In this document: positions 1-10,816 of the stretch, one piece after another | Position numbering within the stretch: position 1 is the first letter of the stretch | Layout: each line of letters opens with the position of its first letter | Sequence record: NZ_CP067021.1 | DNA: 64,000 nt | Origin: a plasmid | Reading direction: 5' to 3' (one strand) | Program-made: the position numbers and the translations under genes | Notes under the pieces: model-generated | What the model saw: the letters and a program-made list of their open reading frames with translations, nothing else | Database searches by the model: none | Told to the model about the DNA's origin: nothing

Positions 1-1531
1 GTGGATGGCCGTGGCTATTTTCACGCGCTAAAGGAGGACGTTCGTTACCTTCCTCATTTCGCATATCCTTAAAGCTTTTAGAGGCAACGCTACTTGCAGC
101 CAAACTTGCTTTGTCTTGTGGACCACCAGCAATGTTTAATGTGCTCTTTGGTGTACCTTTTGGTGCATTCGGATCAGCTGATTCAACATCTTCCTTTACT
201 GTCTCTTTAGTCTTCTGATTTTCTTTATGTTCTTTCAAAAGTAGAGCAGCTTGCAACTGGTCGCTATGTTCACGGGTTTCTAATAACTGAATTACTTCCT
301 TGGTTAACGTGTCCGTATTGAATTCAAGATAGTGAATCTCAAGTTGTTCAAGTCGAGCAGCTGTATGGTCGCTATTCACACGCCATTGATCCATGACGAT
401 AGTTTTTGGCACTAAGCCAAGTTCTTCAGCTTCAATCCCACGAATTAAGCAAAAGTCACGCACTTGGCGCATCAATGCGTTAATTTGGTTTTTATCGGTT
501 AATTCACCTGAAAAATAGGTATTCGGTGCACCCGTAACTTCGTTGTAGATCTGCTGCTTTGCTTCACGCACGACTTGGTTTTGGTTAATCAAGCCTTCAA
601 TCGCGAATTGACGATTACTCAGGAAGTTGAGGGCATTTTCTTTAGTTGCACCCTTCAGGCTTAAACCATAGTAGGGCTGAGTGACAAAAGATTTTGTCTC
701 AAAGTTAAAGAGGGTTTTTTCAGCCACTTGAACGGCTTCAAATGGATTCTCTTCTTTGGAAAGGAGGAAATCAGGATCATTGTCTGATAGGAATAATTTA
801 GAGTCTGCAGTTGTATATACACGGTCTTCAACTGGCAATGAACTGTTATTTTCAGCAATATTGCCTAATCCTTGGTCCAGTGCGTTTTTAGTCTGGATTT
901 TATTCAGATCCGCAATAAACTTAAGATCATCATCATTCTGCAGATCAAGCCCGATGTCTGCAAAGAATTCTAATTGACTGGCTGGATCTCTTTGCTCAAG
1001 TGCATCAAATACTTTACCAATCAGAACAGGATCAAGTTCAGCTAAATCATTGACAGTGACAGCGGAAAGATCAAACGTGTTTTCAGGAATGATGGACTGT
1101 TCATTCTCGTAGATCGGGTAGCTACTACGCTCATAATCACCTTCGTCAAAAAACATCGGTTCATCATCGTTCAACCGAGTATCTTCAAGAGGGGGAGCGT
1201 AATCATAATCTGGGTGCCCAGGAGGTACAGAGTTACCGCCCATAGGCTGATCATATTGATACCCATCATCTTGCATGACTGGCGGTTCTTCCATTAATGG
1301 AGGTTCAGATAGGGGATCTTTGGGATGTGGTTCAGACTGGTATTGTTGCGATTGATCTTGTGCAACATTGTTTTGTTGTGGCGTAGGCTGGATGGATTGA
1401 AATTCCACGCCGTCCAAACTTAAATCATCCCACTGTTCCAGGCCCTCATTGAAAGTTAATGATTGGCCGTCTTGCAGTTGATCAAGTGTTTGCTCGTCAA
1501 AATTATCTTGTTTAGGGCTTTGGTCCATATT
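1..1531 (-). CDS. Hypothetical protein, partial (start codon at 1531-1529, continues past the window edge; >500 aa). Acidic/Gln-rich N-terminus.
   Basis: Open reading frame on the minus strand, translated by hand (MDQSPKQDNFDEQTLDQLQDGQSL...) with no stop seen down to position 1. Missing from the ORF track presumably because its stop lies outside the window. Same strand as, and downstream of, the giant MTase-helicase gene. Confidence 0.5.
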
Positions 1532-1561
1532 TGATCCTTATGACAGGTGGCCTTTCTGATT

Positions 1562-1768
1562 TTAAGAGTCCTTTTTAGAATCTGTATCAACATTCCAAAT
1601 AAAGTCTTCTTTAAAGTCAGAATTAAAACCAGTTGTGATGTCTAATTCACTGTCAAAATCCACTAAATCTGAGTTATTAGAAGATTCCTCTAAGGGATTA
1701 GAGTTGCACATAAAATACCTGTATTTGTTTTTTAAAACGTCAATGTGATCGTCACAGATATGATACAT
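1562..1768 (-). CDS. Small acidic hypothetical protein (68 aa)
   Basis: ORF-track entry in the gap between two same-strand genes. No recognisable motifs. Confidence 0.3.
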   Translation of the reverse strand: MYHICDDHIDVLKNKYRYFMCNSNPLEESSNNSDLVDFDSELDITTGFNSDFKEDFIWNVDTDSKKDS

Positions 1769-1840
1769 GGTATATACGAACTAGACCACACGTAATTGTT
1801 ATTCACGTATGGTCTGGTATATACCTTTTAAGGGAGGGTT

Positions 1841-4800
1841 TTAGAAAGATAATTGCTGGATTTCTTGATCGTTATCTAGGGTTTTACCCTCATGTAACTC
1901 AGCCTTATAAGCTGGCTCTTCTGCAGGATTAAGCATACGGTTAATTTCATTTAAAAAGTAACCATTACCATCAGGAAGCTTAGATTTTAAATCCAAAAAG
2001 GCAGCTTCAATTTTGGTTGTACTGTCCAGCTCGTCAACAAAGCGTTCAACATCCTTGAGATCAAGCGCAAATCTAAACTCATTACGGCCTGGCTCAGTAA
2101 AGTGGATGTTCAACGATTCATCTGTTTTACCGCCTTTAGGATCATGGAATACGTTGGTATTCGACATAAAACGATTGAACTGTTTTGCAACAGATTTTAC
2201 CGTCACATTAAAGCAGTCTGAACCGTTGTAGTAGAACTCAATACTTGCTTTCTTGTACGGGAAATTAACCTTAGTACCCACATAGTTATTGCGGTTGAAA
2301 TCAATGTTTACAGGCAATTGATTAAAGAAGTTCGCAATCTCTTTAACTTGCTTAAACGTCACTTGGTTTTCAAGAGAGCTTTCAAACAAGTCAGTTGGTG
2401 TATTTGATGGCAATAATAACGCACGGTTACGCATACCATCAGCATCGGTAAATATAACGGTTGAATGTCGTAGATCTAGTGAGCTGACAATCTTATGTGC
2501 CTTGAACATATTGCCCGTTAAGGTAATCGCTTGTCGTGTGACATCACCAGACGGCGCTTTTTCAAAATAGGTACGCGTATAACGGGAATAATTGTTTTGT
2601 TCAGTAAATAAGTTCACCAAGGGTTGACGATCCTCAACATGACGTCTATTCACATCAGCATAAGAATAAAATTCAGGATTGAAGCGTTTTAGGATAATAC
2701 GTCCTTTTTCACTCACTGGAGCTACCCAATCCAAGTCTTGCTTGGCATTTTGCATGGTGTAATTGATCAGTGGAACTTTAAACGACTTCTTATCACCAGG
2801 GTAAACCAAATCAAGCTTAACCGCATTCGGTGTGATTGCACCTCCACGTAACGGCGGTAGGTCTAGACGTAGCAAAGCACCTGTTTTGTGATCTGGCGTC
2901 ACTTCATCATCAAAAAGACTAGGTTTTGAGATAAGGAACAATAACCCATGCGCTGAATGACCTTCTTTTTCGTTCCTTTCCATAGAACGAGCCAAGAATT
3001 TTAGATCCTGAACAATTCGATACATGCGATCAAAGTTAGAGGTCAAAATAGGATCATTGGCTAGATAAACCGCTTCAGCTACTTTCTCAAAGGCATCTGC
3101 AGAGTGATCATCAGGTTTACGAAATTGAATATCATCAATGTGTTTTACATTGGCTTCAACAACACCGAAATGATCAAATACTTCGTGTCGATAATCACGA
3201 ATTACTTCACCACGCATTTGCCCACTTTTGAAAAATAACTTTTGCTTAGCAAAGCCTTCATATTTTTGGTACATCAATGCCTCAAAGTTATAGGCATAGT
3301 GTAGTAGTCCGTTTACCGTTTCATTGATGTTTTCATTGATACGTTTAAATTGACGCACCAGATAATCATCACTTTCTTTGAACATGAGTTTTAGATTGTC
3401 AGCACGTAATGGCTCAACATGTTCAATGTATTGCAGACCTTCAAAACGCACAGGTAGATCAAAGGTATTGATCTTGGCTGCTTCTGTTTCTGAAGTCACG
3501 GTAAAGAAGTTGTCCTTCACTTCAAACTCACGGACTTTTTTAGCTTTCCAGTCTAAAAAGTTGGTCTTGAGTGGGTTACGACCCAACAAGTCTAATTCAC
3601 GGATCTTATCGTTATAGTCAACAACCAAGTCTTGATAAACCTGTTCTTGCTGACTAATCGGCATCAAAATCAGTTTAGATAGCAACTGGTTCACATGATA
3701 GTTTTGCGCCGTGCGATACGATGGTCCTTTTTCATCATCCGAAATATCAATATCAAGTGTGTTCGCCAAGTTCACGTTATTTTTCAAATAGTCCAACGAT
3801 ACCCGGTTGCCAATGTAGTTGAGCATGTCAGGATAATCGTTTTCGTTAAACTTGGTTTCTGAGTTGGCAGAGACGTTCGCTGATAGGGTAGACAGTTTAC
3901 GCATCATCATTAAGTGCATACGTGTTTCTGCTGGAATACCCGAATCTACTGTCGTCATAATCGGATGTGATTCTTCACCACGGCGACCCACACGACCGAT
4001 CATCTGAATCGTATCGGTAGAGTTCTCAGGTTTTTGCAAGAAAAACAACTCACGTTGGCGCAAGTGATCCGATGGAATTGTAGGATCAGGGTTTTTGGCT
4101 GCATGTAGAGAAATACCCGTACAACCAGAGCGAGTCACAATAACAACATCGATTTCACCAGATTGGAATTTTGATTGAACCAAAATCTTACCTTGTGTCG
4201 TATTGTTCTCTTGTTTATTAACCTTCCATTTGCCGTCTCTTGTTTCCGTTAAGTGGATCTGACGGCCAGAGATTTCATCAATCTTGAAGCCAGCTTTTGT
4301 CACCTTGTTACGTAGTACGTCCAAAGGCATCAAAGGTAGATCAGGGAACTTTTGAATCTTTTCTTTGATACGATCCAAAATGATTTTATACGGACTTACC
4401 ACTGGATCGCCGTTTTCATTAAATGTCACTTCCGTACTGAGCTTCTTAACGAACGAGTTACCGTAGTTATCTTCAGCTTTCACCACATCGATGCGATCTA
4501 ACATCACTTCAAGCAAGTCACGGAATTGTGGGAGTTCATCTAAAACAGAAATTTGACTTTGCAGATAGCTACCGCGCTTATCTTCAAGCTTAGTCAATTC
4601 CTTTTGAATATTTTTCGCTGCTTTTTCATCGCCAGCGTCACGGTTTTCTTTGATCATGAGTTTTTGAAGCTCATTTTCAAGAAATTCAATTTCTGACGAT
4701 ACCGACTTGAAGTTATTAAACGCTTTTTCTTTTTCAGGCGAATCAGCGGTAACGTCTTGCGCCGTATCTGCTTTTAAAATCGCTTCCATGCGACTTTGCA

Positions 4801-7800
4801 TCAAAATGTTGAATAGACTCTCACCCGTATTTTCCAAACCAATCACGGGCTTTCTACCCTCATGTAATGCCTGAATCACAGCATCACTTGTAGAGTCAGT
4901 TTTCAATGCCAATAGGAATTGCTTTTGGATCTGGTACATTCGAGATCCAAAGTTCATCACACTCAAACTTAAACGGTTTTTCGGATCGTCTGAATCCTGA
5001 TGAAAGTCTAAATTGGCAACAGCATCATCATCATTGGCAATGTTTTCTAGCGCATCGAGGCGAATATCTTTAGAAAATTTCACCATGTCCGTCAAGATGT
5101 CAGAAAGAACATCTGAGTAATTGTGAAATTTCTTAATTTCCTCTTCAGTTGGCACAAAGGTTTGAATGGTAATGTGCGAGAGATCTTGCTCTCTACGAAT
5201 CATGGCAGAGCTGTCTACCAAACCTTCAGAAATAAACTCCAAAATTGGACCATCTGCATTTTCGATAACCTTTTGTAAGTCATTACGAGATACGGATCGA
5301 GGGAACAATTTATGGAAGAATTCAAGATTTTCAGGTTTCTTAATTGCCGATGCAGACTGGAAATTAATTAGATTGGTCTGATCAATAACATCTAAGAAAA
5401 ATTGACTTGTAGCTGATTTCAAGGATGCTGCACGGTGCGTTTCATCCATCACCAAAACAGTGTCTTGATTAATAAAACGAGTCAATAACGCACGTTTCCG
5501 GTTTGGTCGGTTAAATTGGCTATACGTTGCCAATACCAAGTCATGTTGCGCTGGAATATCTTCAATTTCCTTAGGCAGATCTTGGCCAGTGAATAAAACC
5601 TCTTCAGTACCAAAGCGGTTAATCACAGCATCCGAGTTAAAGATAAACGGATCTTTAAAGAACTTGTCACTGTCTGTAGCAACAATATCACGCCAAATGT
5701 CGTTCAAGAGTTGCGTTGTATCTGTAAGGAAAACAGGGGGCTTTCCTCTTAACGCACTATATCGTAAACACGCAGCTGCAATACGACCTTTACCTAAACC
5801 CGTCTGGTCGCCAATAAGCACAGGTAAGTTTTGGTCAAAACGTAAAATGATATGGGCAACCGCATCGACCTGTTCACATGCAAAAGCGGACTTTAGTGCA
5901 TCAAAATTGTCATATTGCAATTTCTTAGCGACATAGGCATCAACAAGAGTAGGGTAGTTACCATTATCGACTTCAGCTTGGAAATTGATACCCCCAAAAC
6001 CTAATACATTTTGGATGTGTGTAGTCAATTGAGCATTTGCCTGATTAATCGCTTTAATCTGGTTTTTAGCCACTAAAGCAATTGGCTCAGATGCCATAGA
6101 CATCGGTATATACTTAACTTGGTATATATTTTCCGGAGTTGGTTCTGTTGTGTTTTCAGCATTAGGAACAGGAACAATCGGCTGTAAATTTGATTGGTCA
6201 GATTCAACAGTCGGTTCTTCTTTTTGCTCAGTACCGATCGCTAATTCAGAATTTAACTTAGCAATCTCTTCAGCAGTTAAACCCGGTTCCTGTTTTACTT
6301 GCTCTACCGCTGGTTCTTCAGCTGGTGTTTGTTCAGGTGTTTCACCCTCATTGGTCGCCGTGGTATCACCTACTTGAAGATTAACGTCATCGTCAAGGTC
6401 TTCATCCTGATTTTGGTTCTCGTGCGGATTCTTTACCTCAGGCACGAAATCATTGTCATTTTCATTTTCAAACGTTGGTGTAGCTTCAGTTGGTGTAGGT
6501 ACATCATCATCTGAACTGGTTGTTTGCGTACTAACTTCAACGGTTCCAAAGTCAAAAGAAACTTTATTCGGTTTTGATTTAGGTTTACGACCAAACATCG
6601 GTTTTGGTTTGACAGCTTCCTCTTGCTTAATCTCTTCTTCTTTAGCGACCACGACTTCATCAAACATAGTGACTGCAGACGTAGGCGTTACACTTGATGC
6701 AATATCTTCAAGTGGCGAAACAGGCTGTTCATCACCTAGACTGGCAAACAAATCGTCATTTTCTTTTTCAACAGGCTTAACCTCAACAACAGGTTCAACC
6801 ACTGGTGCTTGTTGTGCTTGTTGCTCAACTGGAGTCGGAGTAGTTGGCTTGAAGTATAGATCCTTATTCGGATTCAAACGATTATAGATTACGTTATTAG
6901 CCCATCCCCAAAGTTCGTCATAGTCCGTAATGACTTTCAACTTATCTGGTACCACAGAAGATTGGTAAGTTTGTAGTAACGCTTGTTCGTTTTTACGATT
7001 GCCTACCACTAACATACGAACATTTTGATTAGCGCCGTTTCGTGCATATGCATTGCCGTGGATTTCTACAACCGCCTCAACTTCATAATGCTTATAGAGA
7101 TAATTAAGTAAATTCTTTGATTTACGCTCAACCGTACCATCTGAAATCTGTTTATCTGAGCCAATAATGAAAACTGAACGCCCTTGATCGTTTCGTGCGT
7201 TTAGTGATTTAACCAGAATGGCATGGTCCAATTTATCCGTACTGAACCAGACGTTTTCTGATGGATCTACCAATAATGGGTTTGGATCTACGCCGTTACG
7301 CTGTTGAACCAAAATTGGTGCAACACGTTCTAGTTTATCCATAGCACCAAAAGGAGGGTTGGCAATCACATAGTCAACTTTTTGCTTAAACGTTTGCTCA
7401 AAATCAATTTGTGTAGCATCTGCAGTAACAACCGTGCATTCATAATTTTGAGTCAGTGCTTTTGTACGTTCAGCACGTTTGGGATCTAACTCAACCGCAT
7501 AGACAGAAGCATTACGCTCTTGGGTTAATAAACCGATTAAAGATCCATTACCCACAGTTGGCTCGAGCACGGAAAAGTTTTGTTTTGTTCGGTTATCACC
7601 CTCAATCAATAAGCGCTGAGCCACAAGTGACATCGGGATTGGAGTCGAATATTGCTGTAACATACGAATCGTATTGTTTCGCATGGTCTTAGTCGGCATG
7701 CGATTGTATAACGCTAAACTCGTTTTAAATGAGCTCTCAGTAAAATCAAGCTCACCTAACTTTTCGACCATCACTGTTTCAAGCGCTTCTTCTGCAGTAT

Positions 7801-8473
7801 GGATCTGTTTATCTGTTACCTTGGATACATCAACGTCAGCATTTTTGGCTTGCGTGATTAGAGCTAAAAACTTTAAAAAGTCCTGGTGATTATGGCTCTT
7901 TGTTTCATGTTCTAATTGATAGATATAGCCTCTTAAGCATTCTTTTAAATCTTTTTGCTTGGTCGCACGTAAGTACAGACTAGACGGCTGATCATTAGGA
8001 CCTTCAGGTATTTGCGTACCTTGGGCATTCACGTAAAAACGGTTATGAGCTGAAGCATAGATTTTGTTGCCATCAGAGTTATAACCGAGTGGAGTTGCAC
8101 TATTCAACGCAACGTTCAATCGTTGTGGCACCAATGTTTTTGCTTGGGCATTGAATAAATCATGCAATTCTTGGCGAGTCGCAAGCACACTACGGATAAA
8201 TTCTTTTGGAATACCCAAAACTTCATGAAACAGTCTTGGTTTGATCGTTTCATTCAAATTGTATTGATACAAGTGACCGTCAAAGTGAGGATAAGCCTCA
8301 AACTTCATCGGTGTAAAACCAATGTTATTCAAATTTTCTTTAGATAGTTTTTTTTGAACGTCCAATAAAAGTAATTGGCTATCCGTCTGGCCAACACGCC
8401 GTACATCGAGATATACACCAGCTTGTGATAAGTCGATCCATTTAATTTTTTCGTTTAAATCATGAGTAGTCAT
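1841..8473 (-). CDS. Giant N6-adenine DNA methyltransferase / SF2 (SNF2/DEAH-like) helicase fusion protein (2210 aa); DarB-like or 'polyvalent' anti-restriction-type protein
   Basis: MTase motif I-like EPTVGNGSLIG and motif IV DYVIANPPFG (NPPF). Helicase motif I LIGDQTGLGKGR, motif II VLVMDETHRAAS (DExH), motif VI QMIGRVGRRG. Central acidic low-complexity linker. 6.6-kb uninterrupted ORF. Confidence 0.85.
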   Translation of the reverse strand: MTTHDLNEKIKWIDLSQAGVYLDVRRVGQTDSQLLLLDVQKKLSKENLNNIGFTPMKFEAYPHFDGHLYQYNLNETIKPRLFHEVLGIPKEFIRSVLATRQELHDLFNAQAKTLVPQRLNVALNSATPLGYNSDGNKIYASAHNRFYVNAQGTQIPEGPNDQPSSLYLRATKQKDLKECLRGYIYQLEHETKSHNHQDFLKFLALITQAKNADVDVSKVTDKQIHTAEEALETVMVEKLGELDFTESSFKTSLALYNRMPTKTMRNNTIRMLQQYSTPIPMSLVAQRLLIEGDNRTKQNFSVLEPTVGNGSLIGLLTQERNASVYAVELDPKRAERTKALTQNYECTVVTADATQIDFEQTFKQKVDYVIANPPFGAMDKLERVAPILVQQRNGVDPNPLLVDPSENVWFSTDKLDHAILVKSLNARNDQGRSVFIIGSDKQISDGTVERKSKNLLNYLYKHYEVEAVVEIHGNAYARNGANQNVRMLVVGNRKNEQALLQTYQSSVVPDKLKVITDYDELWGWANNVIYNRLNPNKDLYFKPTTPTPVEQQAQQAPVVEPVVEVKPVEKENDDLFASLGDEQPVSPLEDIASSVTPTSAVTMFDEVVVAKEEEIKQEEAVKPKPMFGRKPKSKPNKVSFDFGTVEVSTQTTSSDDDVPTPTEATPTFENENDNDFVPEVKNPHENQNQDEDLDDDVNLQVGDTTATNEGETPEQTPAEEPAVEQVKQEPGLTAEEIAKLNSELAIGTEQKEEPTVESDQSNLQPIVPVPNAENTTEPTPENIYQVKYIPMSMASEPIALVAKNQIKAINQANAQLTTHIQNVLGFGGINFQAEVDNGNYPTLVDAYVAKKLQYDNFDALKSAFACEQVDAVAHIILRFDQNLPVLIGDQTGLGKGRIAAACLRYSALRGKPPVFLTDTTQLLNDIWRDIVATDSDKFFKDPFIFNSDAVINRFGTEEVLFTGQDLPKEIEDIPAQHDLVLATYSQFNRPNRKRALLTRFINQDTVLVMDETHRAASLKSATSQFFLDVIDQTNLINFQSASAIKKPENLEFFHKLFPRSVSRNDLQKVIENADGPILEFISEGLVDSSAMIRREQDLSHITIQTFVPTEEEIKKFHNYSDVLSDILTDMVKFSKDIRLDALENIANDDDAVANLDFHQDSDDPKNRLSLSVMNFGSRMYQIQKQFLLALKTDSTSDAVIQALHEGRKPVIGLENTGESLFNILMQSRMEAILKADTAQDVTADSPEKEKAFNNFKSVSSEIEFLENELQKLMIKENRDAGDEKAAKNIQKELTKLEDKRGSYLQSQISVLDELPQFRDLLEVMLDRIDVVKAEDNYGNSFVKKLSTEVTFNENGDPVVSPYKIILDRIKEKIQKFPDLPLMPLDVLRNKVTKAGFKIDEISGRQIHLTETRDGKWKVNKQENNTTQGKILVQSKFQSGEIDVVIVTRSGCTGISLHAAKNPDPTIPSDHLRQRELFFLQKPENSTDTIQMIGRVGRRGEESHPIMTTVDSGIPAETRMHLMMMRKLSTLSANVSANSETKFNENDYPDMLNYIGNRVSLDYLKNNVNLANTLDIDISDDEKGPSYRTAQNYHVNQLLSKLILMPISQQEQVYQDLVVDYNDKIRELDLLGRNPLKTNFLDWKAKKVREFEVKDNFFTVTSETEAAKINTFDLPVRFEGLQYIEHVEPLRADNLKLMFKESDDYLVRQFKRINENINETVNGLLHYAYNFEALMYQKYEGFAKQKLFFKSGQMRGEVIRDYRHEVFDHFGVVEANVKHIDDIQFRKPDDHSADAFEKVAEAVYLANDPILTSNFDRMYRIVQDLKFLARSMERNEKEGHSAHGLLFLISKPSLFDDEVTPDHKTGALLRLDLPPLRGGAITPNAVKLDLVYPGDKKSFKVPLINYTMQNAKQDLDWVAPVSEKGRIILKRFNPEFYSYADVNRRHVEDRQPLVNLFTEQNNYSRYTRTYFEKAPSGDVTRQAITLTGNMFKAHKIVSSLDLRHSTVIFTDADGMRNRALLLPSNTPTDLFESSLENQVTFKQVKEIANFFNQLPVNIDFNRNNYVGTKVNFPYKKASIEFYYNGSDCFNVTVKSVAKQFNRFMSNTNVFHDPKGGKTDESLNIHFTEPGRNEFRFALDLKDVERFVDELDSTTKIEAAFLDLKSKLPDGNGYFLNEINRMLNPAEEPAYKAELHEGKTLDNDQEIQQLSF

Positions 8474-8504
8474 AGCGAACCTGAAGAAGAATTATTTTAT
8501 TTGA

Positions 8505-10139
8505 TTAAAAAGTCATGTCGTTATAGACATCAGAAGTCGCAGCCTTTTCTTGGCTTTTCTTAACATCCATTTCTGGCTGTCTGACTTTCATCATTAACTC
8601 TTGCGGATCAGGTAAAAGATCGTGGTTGAAGTTCTTAGATAACGGACTATCGATTGAAGCTTTATGTTGCTGTACATGCTCTACCGTAATTTCTGAAAAG
8701 TTCAACGCATTCATACGGGTTTGAGTAAGTTCAACAGGCTCGATAAACGAGACAAAACAATTATTCGAGTTCCGTTGGTGTGGTTGAATAACAATAAACG
8801 CTTCAGCAAATTGCTGTTTTGCATGCGTCAATTTATTCATGGTCTGACGATCAACTTGACTTAAAAATTGAGGATTTAAGTCGTGCGGTTTTGGATTGCC
8901 GTAGTCATCGGTAAATTGATTCACTAGGGGAGGTGCACCAACACCACGAACACCCTCACCAGTACGTAAATCTATTTCTGGATCTACCTTGCGAAAACCA
9001 GCGTGAGGCGTTTTATTGTTGAAAAATTTCTTTAAGAACGTGTCTTTGTAAAGCGCACCTAGTTGTAGTTGTTGGCCATGATAAACCTCAGGCAGTAATT
9101 TTTGACTCACCAAGCCAGCGTAAAGACGTTTTAAATTTTGATTTTTTTCTTTGTCTACATCTTCATTGTAGAACACTTTAATTTGTCGATCGCCAAGTAA
9201 TGCAAACAGGGCAATACGGGCCTGGTCCATAACATAAACGTTCTGAGCCTGTTTATCGAACTGGTCTTTTTCATACTGGTTGGATGGTACAAAATTTGGA
9301 TCAAATGTTGCGGTGTGAAAGTCATTGCCGTTCAAAATATCTTTGATACTTTCAATCGGATCTTTAGCAACCCGATAAGACTTTTTAGTTTTATCAATAC
9401 CGCCACGTTCCATCAACGGATCTGGCTTAGCGAATTGCTTAACACTTTCACGATCAGCACTGTCATAGGTTGGAATCAATGGGATTGTAGTTAATACAGA
9501 ACCAGACTCATAGCGCACAACAATTTTTGAAAATGGAATGCGCTCAGGTTGGTTGTCAGTACTATTCGATAAAGATTTAACAAGAAGCTGTAAATTATTT
9601 TTAATAATAGCGTTATGAAGTGCTGGAGAATTAATTTTTACATTGGGCACTTGCATATGTGCTGCATCTTCAATGATTTGAGCTTTAACAAAGAAATCGC
9701 CGTTTTTTTGTTGATGCACATTGATAGAAGTGACTGCTTTGATTAATTGTGAATTCGGGTTGTTACTCATTACGTTGCACCACTGAGCAACATAAGTTTT
9801 ATAACCGTCAAGAGATTCGTAGGGTGAGTCAACACATTTGTCAAAACAGATAATTCGACCACGGTTAGCACCGCGATTATGTGTGTCTAATGAAGTACGT
9901 TGGTTACGTCCAGAATCAAATTTTGCGTGGACTTCATCTACTGAAACATTCTCAGTATGATGCTTGTTGAGTTTATTAATGATCTTCGTGAATTCTTCAG
10001 ATGAACTCATTCGTATGCGAACTGGTTCATTGGTAGACATATCAAAGCCGTATGCATACAGCTCGTCTTGTTCATCATGTTTGTAAAATTGATCTACAGT
10101 CATGACGATACGTTTAATCGTATTATCACTTTTACTCAT
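8505..10139 (-). CDS. Hypothetical protein (544 aa), first gene of the MTase-helicase operon
   Basis: Long ORF 31 bp upstream of the giant gene on the same strand. No recognisable motifs. Confidence 0.7.
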   Translation of the reverse strand: MSKSDNTIKRIVMTVDQFYKHDEQDELYAYGFDMSTNEPVRIRMSSSEEFTKIINKLNKHHTENVSVDEVHAKFDSGRNQRTSLDTHNRGANRGRIICFDKCVDSPYESLDGYKTYVAQWCNVMSNNPNSQLIKAVTSINVHQQKNGDFFVKAQIIEDAAHMQVPNVKINSPALHNAIIKNNLQLLVKSLSNSTDNQPERIPFSKIVVRYESGSVLTTIPLIPTYDSADRESVKQFAKPDPLMERGGIDKTKKSYRVAKDPIESIKDILNGNDFHTATFDPNFVPSNQYEKDQFDKQAQNVYVMDQARIALFALLGDRQIKVFYNEDVDKEKNQNLKRLYAGLVSQKLLPEVYHGQQLQLGALYKDTFLKKFFNNKTPHAGFRKVDPEIDLRTGEGVRGVGAPPLVNQFTDDYGNPKPHDLNPQFLSQVDRQTMNKLTHAKQQFAEAFIVIQPHQRNSNNCFVSFIEPVELTQTRMNALNFSEITVEHVQQHKASIDSPLSKNFNHDLLPDPQELMMKVRQPEMDVKKSQEKAATSDVYNDMTF

Positions 10140-10395
10140 TTCTTAAATTCCACGCTTTATATTTTTGATTGCTGGTCATTGACTCAAGCTATTTATAAAA
10201 TACTACAAAACCTCATTGGTATATACTAAGGAGGCAAATAAAAAATTAAAAAATATATTAAAAAGTTTAAGAGTAAATTTTTAAAAAGAAATTTTTTGTT
10301 TATTATCTTTCTAATTAAGGGAAGTTAATTAGGGACATTTTTTATGCTTATTTTTCATGATATTACAGGATTAGTACGGAAAAACACAAATGGTA

Positions 10396-10700
10396 CGAGC
10401 GAAAATCAAATTCATTTGAGCGCAAATTGAATTTGAATTTTTAGAAAATAAGGCGTTTTTAGCTGGTTTTTGATGTTTTTATCCACTTTCCTATTAAATT
10501 CTATCCACAAATTAAGTTCTTGTATATTAGAATGAATTTAAAAATATGAGTAAAATATTGTTCATTTTTTAGCTTTTTGCAATATTGGAAATTTGCAAAC
10601 TAGCAAGTGTTGTAAGTCGCTGTTTATAATAAAATTAAATAGAATAAAAAATACTTCCAGCGCAAATTAAATTCATTTGAGCGCAAATTAAATTCAAAAC
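10396..10700. promoter_or_regulatory. AT-rich region with a repeated operator-like motif (AAATTCATTTGAGCGCAAATT x2, plus a third AGCGCAAATT). Likely promoter/operator for the leftward operon.
   Basis: Direct sequence repeats at 10396-10428 and 10660-10695. The first copy is flanked by the 7-bp inverted repeat AAATTCA/TGAATTT. It lies in the intergenic region upstream of the 8505-10139 gene. Confidence 0.35.
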
Positions 10701-10816
10701 GTTGCGGATAACTTCTCCAATTTCCTGAGAGCCTTGATAATAAAGACTTTCAGATTTTATGAGGAATAGCCCTTATATATGACCCAACGATCGCTATTTA
10801 GCTTGTTTTACGACAA

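Noticed and set aside
661-977. Small ORFs 661-858(-) and 756-977(+)
   Set aside because: They lie inside the longer minus-strand ORF (1-1531) that runs off the window edge.
6150-6887. ORFs 6150-6377+, 6299-6514+, 6433-6663-, 6453-6887+ and others inside or antisense to the 2210-aa gene
   Set aside because: They are embedded in the low-complexity acidic linker region of a 6.6-kb continuous ORF on the opposite strand. No independent signals.
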